DNA of 53,650 nt from Octopus bimaculoides (Eukaryota), in assembly GCF_001194135.2 (NCBI RefSeq), contig NC_068992.1, forward strand, positions 12,469,427 to 12,523,076. Direction: 5' to 3'. Numbering within the stretch: the stretch's first letter is position 1; each line of letters opens with the position of its first letter. The position numbers and the translations under genes are program-made. Of the stretch, positions 1-12,770 are shown piece after piece. Under the pieces are notes generated by a model. It did no database searches and had not been told where the DNA came from. It saw only the letters and a program-made list of their open reading frames with translations.

Positions 1-654
1 TATATATATATATATATATATATATATGTAAGTATTTATGTATTCCGACGTGTGTGCTTGTGTGTATGCGTGTCAGTTGAATTGATATATATTTCGATAA
101 TGAGAAGAATAATTAATTGGTAACATGTACCACAAATTCAGACAAATCTATTCGAATGCAGAAAGCAGTTCCTCTCTATCTCTTGCTAAAGAAAACTTAT
201 GTAACTAAACTATATCCGCGTAAGGTTAATCATTGCATGTATCTGATAATTGAATGACAACTTTGAATAATACTTCATAATCATTACTATTCTTCAGTTG
301 ATTCCGTAGGCAATATATTCCTGTACATTGTCTATCATTCTTACTTCACCCAAAATTTCTTAATGAAGTAAATTTCTTAAAGTATCTCATTTAAATCATA
401 GTTACACCACTTTACAGTGTTTAAGCTTCTGGCAATTCGAGAAGCCAACATGGTTTCTGGAAAACATTCCCTCTTCTCAGAAACACTGCTGCATGACATT
501 AAGAAAAGTAATCTTGATTATTAATGTCTTCGACTATATGTTTTCATTTTGCGGATTTAATTAATGATGTGATATCGCCATAAGAAGTCCAAATGTCACT
601 CTTATCTGGGTGCACAGTTCCTTGTCAATCATCCATCAATATATATGTAAATCC

Positions 655-860
655 AAGGCAGCAAGCTGAGAGAGTCGTTAGCTCCGCGGAGAAAATGCTT
701 AGCGGCATTTCGTCGGTCGTTACGTTCTGAGTTCAAATTCTGCCGAGGTCGATTTTGCCTTTCATTCTTTTCGAAATCGATAAAATGAGTACCAGTAATG
801 CACTGCAGTCGACGTAATTGACTTGCCCACAATTGCTGCCCTTGTGCCAAAATTTGAACT
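655..860 (+). mobile_element. tRNA-derived SINE (family B here), near full length
   Basis: tRNA-like head with B-box-like GAGTTCAAATTC at 729-740. The body recurs as decayed fragments at ~32195-32312 and 32405-32482. Confidence 0.8.
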
Positions 861-875
861 TAATATATATGTAAA

Positions 876-1320
876 TATGAGGCGCGTTCCAGACGTTTTG
901 AGATGTTTTTTTTTTCAGGCGAGACATTCATTTATTTCAAATGAGTTTAAAACTCTAATCTCATTCAATGTAGGACCCTCTGACTCCACTGCTCTTGTAG
1001 GGTTCCAGCTGCTTCTTAAAAGCGCCAAGAAGTCTTCCAAAATGAAGGTGCCGATGAAAATTGTCACAGCCTCCATCTTCCCAGTGTCTTCGAAACGACT
1101 GCTTCTGAGGTTCACCTTCAGGTCGGTAGAGGTTGCTGAAGTTTTAATCAACAAGGTTTAGACGATAGTGAGAGTGATGGACACGTTTTACAACCATCTC
1201 TATTAAGTGGTTACTTGCCAGGATGGAATTGCCAAAAGCAAAGTTTAGTAGGATGTGTTCAAAGTACTGGTGCAGCCGTCCCCAAATAATTTGATGTACC
1301 CATATTTTACATCCTGAAAT
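876..1320 (-). mobile_element. Degenerate mariner transposase C-terminal fragment with one terminus
   Basis: Minus-strand frames give NSILASNHLIEMVVKRVHHSHYRLNLVD (~VPHPPYSPDLAP), LKVNLRSSRFED and AFKKQLEPYKSSGVRGSYIE (~AFQKLLERYNKCIEVRGSYFE), with stops and frameshifts. TA+TGAGG (decayed TA|CGAGG) end at 876. Confidence 0.75.
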
Positions 1321-1339
1321 TTTACGCGCCTACGCTCAT

Positions 1340-1480
1340 CTGTATCGTGTATGTGTGTGTTTGTGCGTGTTCATGTATGTATTTGTGTGTGTGTGTGTAT
1401 GTGTGTATGTGTGTGTGTATGCATGTATGTATATATATATATATGTGTGTGAGTGTTTGTGTATGTGTGTATCTGCTTCC

Positions 1481-1541
<61 letters not shown>
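1340..1541. repeat. Compound (TG)n/(TA)n microsatellite
   Basis: Direct reading. Confidence 0.95.
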
Positions 1542-1542
<1 letters not shown>

Positions 1543-2109
1543 GCAAGCAGAAGTTTTGTCAGCGGGTGTATTTACCCTTAACTACCACAACTTGATGTTA
1601 TCGGTTTTTTTCTTTTAATTGTCCGATATTAATATGTATTATCCCGATGTCTAGAGTTAATCAAAATACATTATTATACTGAATATAAACGAACGTAAAT
1701 TTCGCCTTTCTTGTCTGGTTGGAATGATACTATGTCTGCTGATACCTTCTGACTCTTGAATAATAGAATGTGTTCATCACACACATGTGTGTAAAAATGT
1801 GTGAGTCTGCTTTCGGAAAACTATCGCTGTAACGTTATAGTTGTGCGAGCACCAAACAAGACTAGTTGTCAGCCATAATGCGATTATCAATGAAATTAAA
1901 TGCTGAGAGTTAAGCTGCTAATCTCTGTGATTAATCTTGTGTATGGTGTTGATTTTGTTGTGTAGTTTTGAACGTGTTTCTGCTTTTGTATTTAAATTCA
2001 TGAGAGGTCATGTAAGCTTAATTAATACCGATATGATTCTACACATCCTAATTTGATTTACTTTAACGAACGGGAAAATAAAGATGAAACAATAGTATTC
2101 GAGAATAGT

Positions 2110-2620
2110 CTAAGTCAGTTGCTGTTTAGTTTTACAGGCTATTTGCCGGCCTATTTGTAGTGGTTGGATCAAAGCGTTTGACTTCTATTTCTGGATGACC
2201 TTCGAGTACACACAAGTAGTTGGTGTCCACCTCGAACGCTATACCGATACTGTTGATTCACTGGTTGGCACATCCTCACAGATTCTTGGAAAGCTTATTC
2301 TAATTGTATTGCAGTTCCTCTCGAATCTGCCTGTCACTTCAAACTTTGTATTGTACTTGTTGGCTTCCTTGAAACCAGAAAACTGTTCATTGTTTCGTTT
2401 CTGGGTTTCTGTAATTAAGCCTTCATGTGCAAAGTGAACAGCGTGAATCAGAACAATTACATACCTATTCATTGTCAATACTTACTGTATATACTTATCA
2501 TCCGCAGTATACAATTTGCTGTCATCCATATAGGAACAGCAGCTTATTTTCCTCTAATAGTCTTTACTATTTGCATGTGTGTCCAAGATACGTGAACCTA
2601 CTGTGTAAAGTTATCTCTGA
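2110..2620 (-). mobile_element. Possible RTE-clade LINE RT C-terminal remnant
   Basis: Minus strand gives RFTYLGH and later PTSESTVSV*RSRW (~PSIESILxxxQLRW). Heavily decayed. Confidence 0.3.
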
Positions 2621-3059
2621 TTTTCCTTATTTTAATTAGGCTTTTTGTTTAATTAGGTTTATTGATTTGTTTTCTTGACTTCTTTCTCTTTTCCTCTAAT
2701 AATCATCTCTTTCCCTTGCTGACGTTAACGTTGCTCCAAATGATCCCTTAAAAAATATGCGCCTAGATTATAATTTCCATGAATATATCCGACGAAAGAA
2801 TGTTCGTATACAGCAGAGACGTTACAACAAGAAAGGGAATCCGGACGCTTGAACGGCTTCTCCGTTAATAAGAGCTAGGAAAGAAATTTCGGTCTTCCAT
2901 ATTTTTATTAGTAAGTCCTATCTTTGTACAATCCTTATTTGTTTTGTTTATTTATGGTTCAATATAACCACAAGAGGAATAGAGAAAATAACTTCACCTC
3001 TACGTTTAACATGAAGGAAGTCTCTCTGTGTTCTCGCAAGAAATGAAATAAATTCTAGC

Positions 3060-3790
3060 AGATTACTGCGTGTACAGTAGTATGACGCACAAAAACGTGT
3101 TCCTAATCATGAAGTTAGAGGCCATGGTAGGAAGGGATTCAGAAAGAGTGACGCATGTAGCTGCCGTTGGTTTAGTGCCGTAAAATATTGGGAAACAGAT
3201 ACCAGTGCTATAACAGAAATACCTATAAGGACGTTGAGTTTAAAATTTCCATCAAATATAAGTCAAAGTAAGAGCAGATTTAATATGCTAGAGCCAGTTC
3301 AGTAACATCATAGCTGTATTAGTTAGTATTGGCCGGAACCACATAGCTGTATTGGTCAGTAGGTGGTGGAAGGAACCGTGGTGGTCAATAAGATCGCTCT
3401 GCAAGTCTAGTTGTAGTCATAAAAGCCACATGACGGCATTCTGTCCAGAATAAGTGGAAATAGAAAAGGAGAAAGGTAGCAGCATCAGGCCCCAATGAGG
3501 AAGAGCGTGATTCTGGTTATTTCTGTTTCCACAGAACCACTGATTGCAGTTTCAACAATACAGAGCAGAAGGATATGAAATCGCATCGTTCTCAATCACA
3601 TCACGGATTGAAAATAAAGTGGCACACGGATAATCGATGGAATAGCTCCTTCAAAGACATATACTGGCTAGAGAATTGACCAGCAGTATCAGGTCACTGT
3701 CTTGCAAAGATGGAGAGGGAGAAATGTGAAAAACTTTGGACAACCTCAATAAGAAGAAAGCAAACCATAAAAAAAAATGGTTGAGCCTAG
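3060..3790 (-). mobile_element. Possible LINE APE-endonuclease remnant
   Basis: Unique, GC-richer stretch with only weak motif echoes (CGFYDYN, DLIDHHGSFH). Not decisive. Confidence 0.2.
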
Positions 3791-3880
3791 TTAGAAGGTA
3801 ATGTAGGCCTTCGAAGTCCTTCATTTTTATTTGACAGGGAACTTAAATATACTGACCCCCATATATATATATATATATAT

Positions 3881-4012
3881 GTGCGATGGGCTCTGGTCGG
3901 CCCACTGTCGTAGAAGAAGACAGCCGACCAAGATACCATGCAGTGAGACTGAACTAGGAAAGACGTGGTTGGGAAGCAAACGTCTTGCCATAGAGCCATG
4001 CCCGCACCTGTG
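3881..4012 (-). mobile_element. tRNA-derived SINE (family A here), 5' part
   Basis: Reverse complement GGTGCGGGCATGGCTCTATGGCAAGACGTTTGCTTCCCAACCAC...GGGCCGACCAGAGCC is homologous to 26723-26868. Confidence 0.7.
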
Positions 4013-4298
4013 TTTACACTTTTTATTATAACAACATATAGGATTTCTAATTATTAGTTTATTCAAAGCAATAATTCTTAGCAGTGGTATTACTAAAAAT
4101 TACCGTGCTCTCTCTCGTCGTCGTCGTCGTCATCGTCGTAGTAGTAGTAGTAGTTGTAGTAGTGACGGCGGTGGCGGTGGTGGTGGTATCTGTTTTTCAC
4201 AACATTTCATTGTAGTTACGTTCTTATAGCAATCGGAAGAAGCGTGTCCATTCTTTAGATACGAAGAAAATAGAAGAAATTTTCGTTAATTTCAGCAT

Positions 4299-4388
4299 AG
4301 ATAGATAGATAGATAAATGGATAGATAGATAGNNNNNNNNNNTAGATAGATAGATAGATAGATAGATAGATGGATGGATGGACGGATG

Positions 4389-4435
<47 letters not shown>

Positions 4436-4449
4436 TGATAGATAGATAT
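4299..4449. repeat. (GATA)n/(GATG)n microsatellite with 10-N gap
   Basis: Direct reading. Confidence 0.95.
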
Positions 4450-5149
4450 GAACGAATAATAAAAACATTAAACGTCACTTTAATATCGACAAGACTTCGA
4501 AATGAAAAAACAAAAAACAAAGCGAGAGTACTTATGAAGAAGATCAACAGCAATAAAGCGTCTTCTAACTCTTAGCCACCCCGATGCTTCATGTAAGTTG
4601 AGGCCTGGTTGATGTAGACTTAAAACATCAATTAAACATCTTTGAGATGTGTTTTACTGTGTTAGTGTGCCGGAAGTAAAAATAGCACTTACAGAAAGAC
4701 CAGGACACATATACATGGAAACGCACCCATATGCGTACATATTTACGCACACAAAAGGCTCATACGAGATAACAATGCAAAGATGTCGATAATGAATACG
4801 AAGCCCAAAGGCTGGAAATTACAGGAAGAAATGATGAGGGACTCGGTGGTGGTGGTGATGGGGACAGTTGTAACTTGTTTGGGCTGGTGACGACGATGTT
4901 CGTTGCTACAGTGACGGCACTACATTTAGCAGCGGAGAGAATGACACTTCTGATGAGGGGAATGGGGAAAATGGCGATGGTTGTTGTGGTGTTGTCGGTC
5001 CCAGTGAGGATTACGGGGATAATGGTGACGATGGCGTCGCTAGTGACAGTGTTATTTTTTGGCAGTCATCTGACATTTTTTTTTTTTTTCTGAATAACTA
5101 TTCGCCAAGATGACACAAACAACGACGATATGCGTCGCTGCTATTGTTG

Positions 5150-5640
5150 ATTGTATGATGACAATGACAAAGATGATGATGATGATGACGATGACAAAGA
5201 TGATGATGATGATGATGATGACGATGACAAAGATGATGATGATGATGAAGAGGAGGTGGAGGAGGAGGATTATGATGATGATGATGATGATGACGACGAC
5301 GATGAGGAGGACGATGACGATGACGATAACAACGACGACGACGATGATGACGATGATGATGGGGGGGATAGAGATGGGGTGGCGACGGCGGCGACGGCGG
5401 CGATGGCGGTGTTGTTGCTGGTGATGTCGAAGATGATGGTGACCACTGTACTGATGATGATTATAGCAACATTGTTGATGCCAATGAAAATGATGATGAT
5501 GATGAGGAGGAGGAGGAGGGGGAGGAGGAGNNNNNNNNNNAGGAGAAAGAAGAGGAGGGAGAGGAGGAGGAGGAGGAAGAAGAAGAAGAAGAAGAAGAAG
5601 AGGAGGAGGAGGAGGAAGAGGAGGAAGAGGAGGTAAATAG
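5150..5640. repeat. Compound trinucleotide array (GAT/GAC/GAG/GAA/GGC)
   Basis: Direct reading. Generates the poly-D/E, poly-M and poly-R ORFs. Confidence 0.9.
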
Positions 5641-5828
5641 GAGGAGGAAATGGCGGATGTTGACTATTGCCATCATCATGATACTATGGTTATGCATCAG
5701 TTGGTGATGCTATTAGAGACAGTGGCAGTGGAGGTGCAGGTGAATGTAGGGTGAGTTACGTTCATGATAAAAGCGACGAGGATTTGGATAGAAAGATGTG
5801 TTGAAAATTATTGTCTTTTCATATTCAT

Positions 5829-5847
5829 CATTTGATATATTAATAGG

Positions 5848-5923
<76 letters not shown>

Positions 5924-5992
5924 NNNNNNNNNNNNNNNNNNNNNNNNNNNNNNNNNNNNNNNNAGAGAAATAGAGAGAGAGAGAGAGAGTGA

Positions 5993-6032
<40 letters not shown>

Positions 6033-6252
6033 GAGAAAGAAAGAAAGAAAGAGAGAAAGAAAGAAAGAATGAAGGAAAGAAAGAGAGGAAAGAAAGAAGG
6101 AAAGAAAGAAAGAATGAAAGAAAGAAGGAAAGAAGGAAAGAAAGAAGGAAAGAAAGAAAGAAAGAAAGAAGAAAAGAAAGAAGGAAAGAAAGAAAGAAAG
6201 AAGAAAAGAAAGAAGGAAAGAAAGAAAGAGATAAAGAGAGAGAGAGAGAGAG

Positions 6253-6294
<42 letters not shown>

Positions 6295-6305
6295 GAGAGA
6301 GAGAC
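5829..6305. repeat. Polypurine tract (GA)n/(GAAA)n/(GGAA)n
   Basis: About 470 bp, almost purely purine on the + strand, with a gap at 5924-5963. Confidence 0.95.
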
Positions 6306-7059
6306 TCAGACAGACGGAATCGTGAGAGATTGAAAAATGCGAAAAAATATATTTGTCACTGCCTTTCCTGACTACACAACGGTTTCTTTGTTTTTTTAAC
6401 TATATGTGTGGGCGGGGGGTTTGTTGCATGTGTTTTCCTGCAAGGAATCGAAACTGGTTTGCAAATTGCTTGTAATTGACATGCTTACTGATCGGCATGG
6501 CTATTGACGTGCATGAATTTGAAATACACATGCATATTGATAAACATGTCTTCAGTTTGAAATGGATTGTAATGGACAGAGATATGGATAGGGACAGATA
6601 TCGAAAAACTTCGATATTGAAATACGTGAATATTGAAAGAAATTATATTCACGAAAATGACTATTTATAGACAATTATATTCATAAACATGGTATCGATA
6701 TTAATTGGGATCGATATTCGGAGACATTGTTTTGACAGCTATAAGTATCGATGAACATTATGTTGGTAATCTCCGATATTTTTCTGTTGGTAAACATTCA
6801 TGTACATAGTTATTGATAGACACGACAACTGATTGGCAAATATTTGATATATATTGTTATTGATAAACATGGCTGTTGATAAGAGAAGGCGATAGGTTGA
6901 TATGATGATAACATACATGAATATTAATAAAAGCAAAGTCATATCGATACATATCATCAATAGATATGGGTGTATCAAATCGTGGACAATCATCGAAATG
7001 TCTATAGCGGATGTTATCATGCTGATGTCTTCACTGAAGAGAAATTTCTCTTACATTTT

Positions 7060-7180
7060 TTTTTCTAGCTATTTACCTTTTTACATGTTTAAGCCATCAT
7101 GCTGGGATATCACTTGTAGAGTATTTTTGTCGGACCAGTTGCCCCCGGTGCATAGCTTCGTTTTAAGGACTGGCTGACAC
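7060..7180 (+). mobile_element. Decayed SINE family C fragment
   Basis: CCATCATGCTGGGATATCACTTG resembles the GCCATGCTGGGGTGCCGCCTTG segment at 11165. Confidence 0.4.
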
Positions 7181-7320
7181 TGGTTCAGTTGTTGTGGTGG
7201 TGGTGGCGGTGGTGCTCGACGTGGTGACGACGGTGCTGGTGATTTTCCTTGCTGCTGTTAAAAAGTATGTGAAGAATTGTTGCTGTAATTAGAAGAATTG
7301 TTGCTGTAGTTAGTGATTGT

Positions 7321-7465
7321 GACTTAGCTGTTCGGCAAAAGTGGACAATAAAATGAGTACTAGGATTACAAAGAGTGAGTCCTAAGATCGGTTTCTTCGT
7401 CTAATAATCTTTATAGGCGTTGTTCCAGCTTGGCCGCAGTCAAATGACTGAAACAAGTAAAAGAA
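7321..7465 (-). mobile_element. SINE family C copy
   Basis: Ends ...GGCCGCAGTCAAATGACTGAAACAAGTAAAAG, the reverse complement of the 11141 copy start. Confidence 0.7.
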
Positions 7466-7477
7466 TAGAAGAATATA

Positions 7478-7534
7478 TGTGTGTGCATACACACACACAC
7501 ACACACACACATATCTGTATCTATATTTCTCTCA

Positions 7535-7600
<66 letters not shown>

Positions 7601-7680
7601 ATATATGTGTGTGTGTATGTGTGTGTGTTTATGTATGTATGCATTTATGTATGTATGTGTCTATGTATGTATAACTGTGT
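7478..7680. repeat. (CA)n-(CT)n-(TG/TATG)n compound microsatellite
   Basis: Direct reading. Confidence 0.95.
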
Positions 7681-9537
7681 ATACTGAACATTTAGCATTT
7701 ACTGATTTCGTCATTAACTATACTTTCAACTCCATAATTCTTTAGAGCTATTTACTTTTTATTTTTATATAATTTGTATAGAATTTATATAATCTTTTTC
7801 CAGTTTAGTGTAGAAGATAATCAATTAACAAACGCACCTACTGGTTTTATTAATATGTATCTGAGTAATCTACACACATTTGTATAGTGATCCTGAAGCA
7901 GATCAACTTGGCAGCGGGTGTAGCAAATCTCCTCCTTCAAATTACACATAGACTATAGACCACGAACTTCAGGGCAGTTTTCGTTTACGATATTTCGATA
8001 TTACAATATGGGACATTTGCCCCATATATATATATATATATATATACAATTCCATCGAACACAGTATAACTTGATGGTGCATATCGCCCTCAACGTCTGT
8101 CTAAATATAGTTATTAGGTGGTCATCTATATATATATAGGTAAATTGTTGGCGTTACAAATACACTTCGATCCACGACGTACATCACACATAATTTAAAT
8201 GAACGCATGTGGTGTGTATCATGGAACTAATTGCTGGATGTTACGGTTATTTTCATTTCTACTTCTCAATTACTCATTAAAATATTCGGTGAAAAGTAAC
8301 TCGAATTTAGAAGACTTTTAAGTACAATCAATACTATTTATTATTACACTGGGAAGCAAGGTAGCTTAGAATAGAAACAGTTATCATTGAAAGGGGAATA
8401 GAATGCAGAACTTGTAAAAAAAAAAAATGGAAGTGAATTAGATTACTTGCAGAATTTCGTTTAATCCCTTTATGTTCATATCAATCTCCAACATTGTCAA
8501 TTATTCCCACCCTAACTTGTAATGATCATGAAACATAAACTCCTTTAATGAGTATGATTGGATGTCAAAAATTATAGTTCCCAGTTACTACTACTATTAT
8601 CAAATCCTTTACTAAACGATATAACTCAAATATATTAGTTAATGAATTCTGTTCATCGTTTTGACAGTACCTGTATTAAATATTCGAACACTAATTTAAC
8701 ACAGCCTTTTTACGAAAACATTTTTCAAAAGTAATTTATTCTCTTAACGCTTTATGTTTCTTCGCAAATATATACTTGTACGCTTAATTAGTGATTCTCT
8801 CGGCAGTACTTCGGCAAATCACGAGTAAATAAAGTTCCGCCGAGGAGGTATCAGTAGGCTGAAATGTATCTGCAGTTGTCTCCCGTACTCCCCGAATAAA
8901 TCAGAATAATTATAGAGAATAACTACTTTCGTTTGTTGTTCTAATCGCATTATGTTTTTTCTATGGAAATTTTTTTCACATACTTCATGTTAGTATTGTA
9001 GCCCGAACTTAACTTTTAATATGAATCGCCACTACAATGTCCACTTATACACATCTTTTCTATCGCCATACACAGATAGACAATGTTTCAAACAATAACA
9101 ATTTTTATTAATTATAACGCGGCCTCCAGACTTACACTTTATAACATCAATGGATCGTCAGTAACACAGACATTGCGCTTTCATCAAGGTTTTCAATGTG
9201 TGTGTATGTTTTATTTAATATAGTAAGGAGAATTCACGTATGTGAGATGAGGCGTTGTGTGGTCCAAAATATGTTATGCATTCGCATTCGTTAGTTCGTC
9301 CTTTGGTCGGCTGATCTTTTCTCTTATTTCTTTATTTTGTTCGTTTATTTTTGTCTATTTTCGACAGCCAAAACAATGCTGAATATTAATTTCTTTCTAA
9401 ACAGTGGTATTTCATTTTTAGTCTCGGTTCTTTTTATTTATTTCCTTTCATTCACGTTGCAATCATATATTTTCTTCCTATTTTATTTACCAACTTTTAT
9501 TTCGTATTTCTTGATCTTTTGTATTTTTCCCTTCTTT

Positions 9538-9568
<31 letters not shown>

Positions 9569-10412
9569 TTATCTCTCTTGTTTCATCTCCTTCACTCTCT
9601 CCGTTTACCCTTGTATTTCTTTATCAATCTCTCTTTTCCTCTGTCTAGAACTCAGCGGTTATTTCTCTCTCAAACGCCTCCTCATCTTCCTCATCCTCTC
9701 TTTTTCATTCTTTGTTCACCAAATGAAAAGCAACAAAGGATAAAACAAAAACTAACTGAAAATAAAAAATAAAAATACGAAAAAGATCAAAAAAAATATA
9801 TAGATATCACGAAAAGAATAACGGTAAAGAACACTAGGAACAATAAGTAGAACAATAACAAAAACAATGAATATAACAGCAACAACAACAATAACAACAG
9901 GTGGAAAGTAAATAAAGACATGATTATTGAAAAGGTTGTAAGTTTTTGGTGAGAAATTGAAACAAATCGAAGGCAGTCATGCGAGCGAATATAAACGAAC
10001 AACAAGCTAAGTGGAATTGATGGGTGTTGAGCGTTTTGTTTGCCGAATAAAGACCCATTTTCAGAGACGTTGCATAGCTTTAGGCTTATTGAATGTAGGC
10101 GAATAAATAGCCATCTGTTAACTTGGCACTCGTCAATGTTTTTAACCGTTCATTTACTCACATCAGCTGACCGACCGTTAATTGCTGGCAAGTTTCTGCA
10201 TATTTTCTATCGTTTTCTTTTTTGTTCTGTTTTTTAGTTTTAATTTGTTTCATTATTTGTTAGTAAAGTCATTCATTCTTGTCTGATATTTTACGTAAAC
10301 CATTTACCTACACAGTAGCTTCCTGTTCAACCATTCAACGTCCAATCATATTCTAGTAGCCTTTATTTTTCTCTTCTACTTCTACTCCTTCCTTTTCTTC
10401 TTCTCCTTTTTC

Positions 10413-10463
<51 letters not shown>

Positions 10464-11140
10464 TTGCTGTTAATCTCGTTCTTTCTTTTATTTATATTTC
10501 ATACGTACCTGTTCCATCTTTACATTTCTGCTCCTTCTTTTTCTATTTCTCTCGTTGCCTTACTCTTTCAGGAATTGTCAGTCTGTCTGTCTCACTCTTT
10601 CTGCCCCTCCTACATTCTCTCTCTCCCCTTCTCCCCCAATCTCCCTCGCTCTCTCCCTCACTATTTCTCTCATTCTCTCATTTTGTTTATGTATCGCTTG
10701 CTGTTTTTCTATTTTATTACTCACAACGAAATGTAAAGAGAAAAACAGTTTACAACCAAGAGAAAGTACGGCTGGTCAATGTCGACAAAATTCCGATATC
10801 AAATTTCCCAAACTTCCACAAGTTCTTGTTGTATTTTAGAAACGAAAGAACATAATAAGAAATCGAGCGGGGCATTTTATTCAAGGAGAACGGACGAACT
10901 TTTTCCCTAGTCACAGAAATGTGATGTGCTGCCCGGCACGCTGCCTGCTCCTACATCGTATCAAAGGCATCTCATCATCATTACATACCCAATACAATCA
11001 TCTCAACTATAATACTCCACCCTAGCATGCTGTCCTGTACTACGTCATTCCAAACCGATCGACAGGTGAATATGACCTATTATTGGAACGTTGCAATTAT
11101 AATTAAGGGTTTTCTTAAAACTATATCTTTCATTTTTTTT

Positions 11141-11305
11141 ACTTGTTTCAGTCATTAGACTGCTGCCATGCTGGGGTGCCGCCTTGGAGAATTATTTTTA
11201 GTCGAATGAATCAACCGAAGTACTTATTGTTTTAAAGTTTGCGACGTAAACACACCAACACTCGTTGTCAAGCGGTGGTAATAGGGGGACAAACAGACAT
11301 AACGG

Positions 11306-11310
<5 letters not shown>
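11141..11310 (+). mobile_element. SINE family C copy followed by CA/TA tail
   Basis: ACTTGTTTCAGTCATTAGACTGCTGCCATGCTGGGG...GTAAACACACCAACACTCGTTGTCAAGCGGTGG. Homologous segments at 7321, 12718, 26108 and 49660. Confidence 0.8.
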
Positions 11311-11348
<38 letters not shown>

Positions 11349-11445
11349 TTTTGTATGTATGTATGTATGTATGTATATGTAATGAATTGAACCTTATACA
11401 TAATTGTTANNNNNNNNNNNNNNNNNNNNNNNNNNNNNNNNNNNN

Positions 11446-11477
<32 letters not shown>

Positions 11478-12717
11478 CAAATGATATACGAGCATATGCA
11501 TGTACGCATACATATATGTACATATCTACATCTACATGTATATATAGATGCATATCCGGGTACAAGGCGTCATAGAAAAGAACGGGAACATAAAGCACAA
11601 AAGCGGTCTTTTTTTTTTTAAAGACAACAGAACGAACACATAGCAAAACAGACGAGCCACTTATGGAACTTTTCCTTCATCAGCTGCCTCTATTCTAAAC
11701 TAGGCGTTTCGAAGATTATATATATATATATATGCACGCACATACATATTTGTGTGTGTACGCGTGTGTATGCCTGTGTGTGTGTGTGTGTGTGTGTATC
11801 CTACGAAGTTTATAAGCAGATTACGAAGTTCCGTTATTTTTAATAGCTGTTTCTCTTCAAATTCCCATGATGAGTGAAATTTGAACTTTTCATGAATATT
11901 CAATGAAATATTTGTCATGTCCCAAATGCTGTTGTGACTTACTGCCTCGTATAAAATATCTCCCTGTATGTATGTACTTAATATATATATAGACTAGCCC
12001 CTAGATTGTTACTATCGCTTTAGGAATGACACTCACAGCGTCTTTGATATGATTCCCACAAGTTGGTTTTATGCCCGCCTACGCCTACTAATTTCGCCAA
12101 TACAAAGAACTAATGTAAATACATCAGACAAGTGAACAAAATCTCAGAAGCAAAATATCTTTATTATATTTAGTTATGTTTTATTTGTGGTAAGTTTGTA
12201 TAAGCGATCAAGTCTCTAATGAATGAATATGGGTTTATCTCCTCTTGTTTCTTCTGTACTATTTTCAACAGCTGTACGAAGGGGATACAAAGGCTAAAGT
12301 ATACAATTATTGTCTCTTATGTAGACTAATGTATATTGCTTCGTGCAAGAACATATAATTTGAATGAATAAGAAGCTGTCAATTTTTAATTAATCTTTTA
12401 ATTCTAGCCTTAAAGGTAATTGTAACATTTACACAGAGAAAAGTATTTCTACTTTGTTTGCTTTGGTAGTTAAGCGATATCTTATAATAACTGTTGAGAT
12501 GTGTAAGATGCATTCGTATATTTATTTATTTATTTATTTATTTATTATTTATTTATTTATTTATTGAATCGATTCTCGTAGTGCATATGAAATTATAAAT
12601 AAATAGTATCTAATATTTTGTTGAAAACCCCGAAAAAGAATTATTCCACATTCACGCGAAAATTTATAAATTCTTATGTCGACAACAATATATACTCTTT
12701 TACTCTTGTACTTACTC

Positions 12718-12770
12718 TTGTACTCTTTGTTAGTCATTAGACTGCGGCCATGCTGGTGCACCACCTTGAC
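12718..12770 (+). mobile_element. SINE family C short fragment
   Basis: AGTCATTAGACTGCGGCCATGCTGGTGCACCACCTTG matches the 11141 copy. Confidence 0.6.

Noticed and set aside
1322-1618. ORFs of YIYIYI / CVCVCV / THTHTH type, here and throughout the track
   Set aside because: They are translations of dinucleotide microsatellites, with no domain content.
2785-2830. CCGACGAA...GAGACGTTA as a decayed PLE hammerhead
   Set aside because: Both core segments are mutated, so it cannot be distinguished from chance.
4670-4677. Isolated ETS site CCGGAAGT
   Set aside because: About one such 8-mer is expected by chance in a window this size and composition.
5110-5697. Poly-D/E, poly-M and poly-S ORFs as acidic or prion-like proteins
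   Set aside because: All frames are open because of the trinucleotide array; the ORFs span an N gap and lack splice context.
6572-6604. MDRDMDRDRYR as a reflectin-like motif
   Set aside because: It derives from eroded GATA/GACA repeats, lacks the reflectin repeat consensus and is surrounded by stops.
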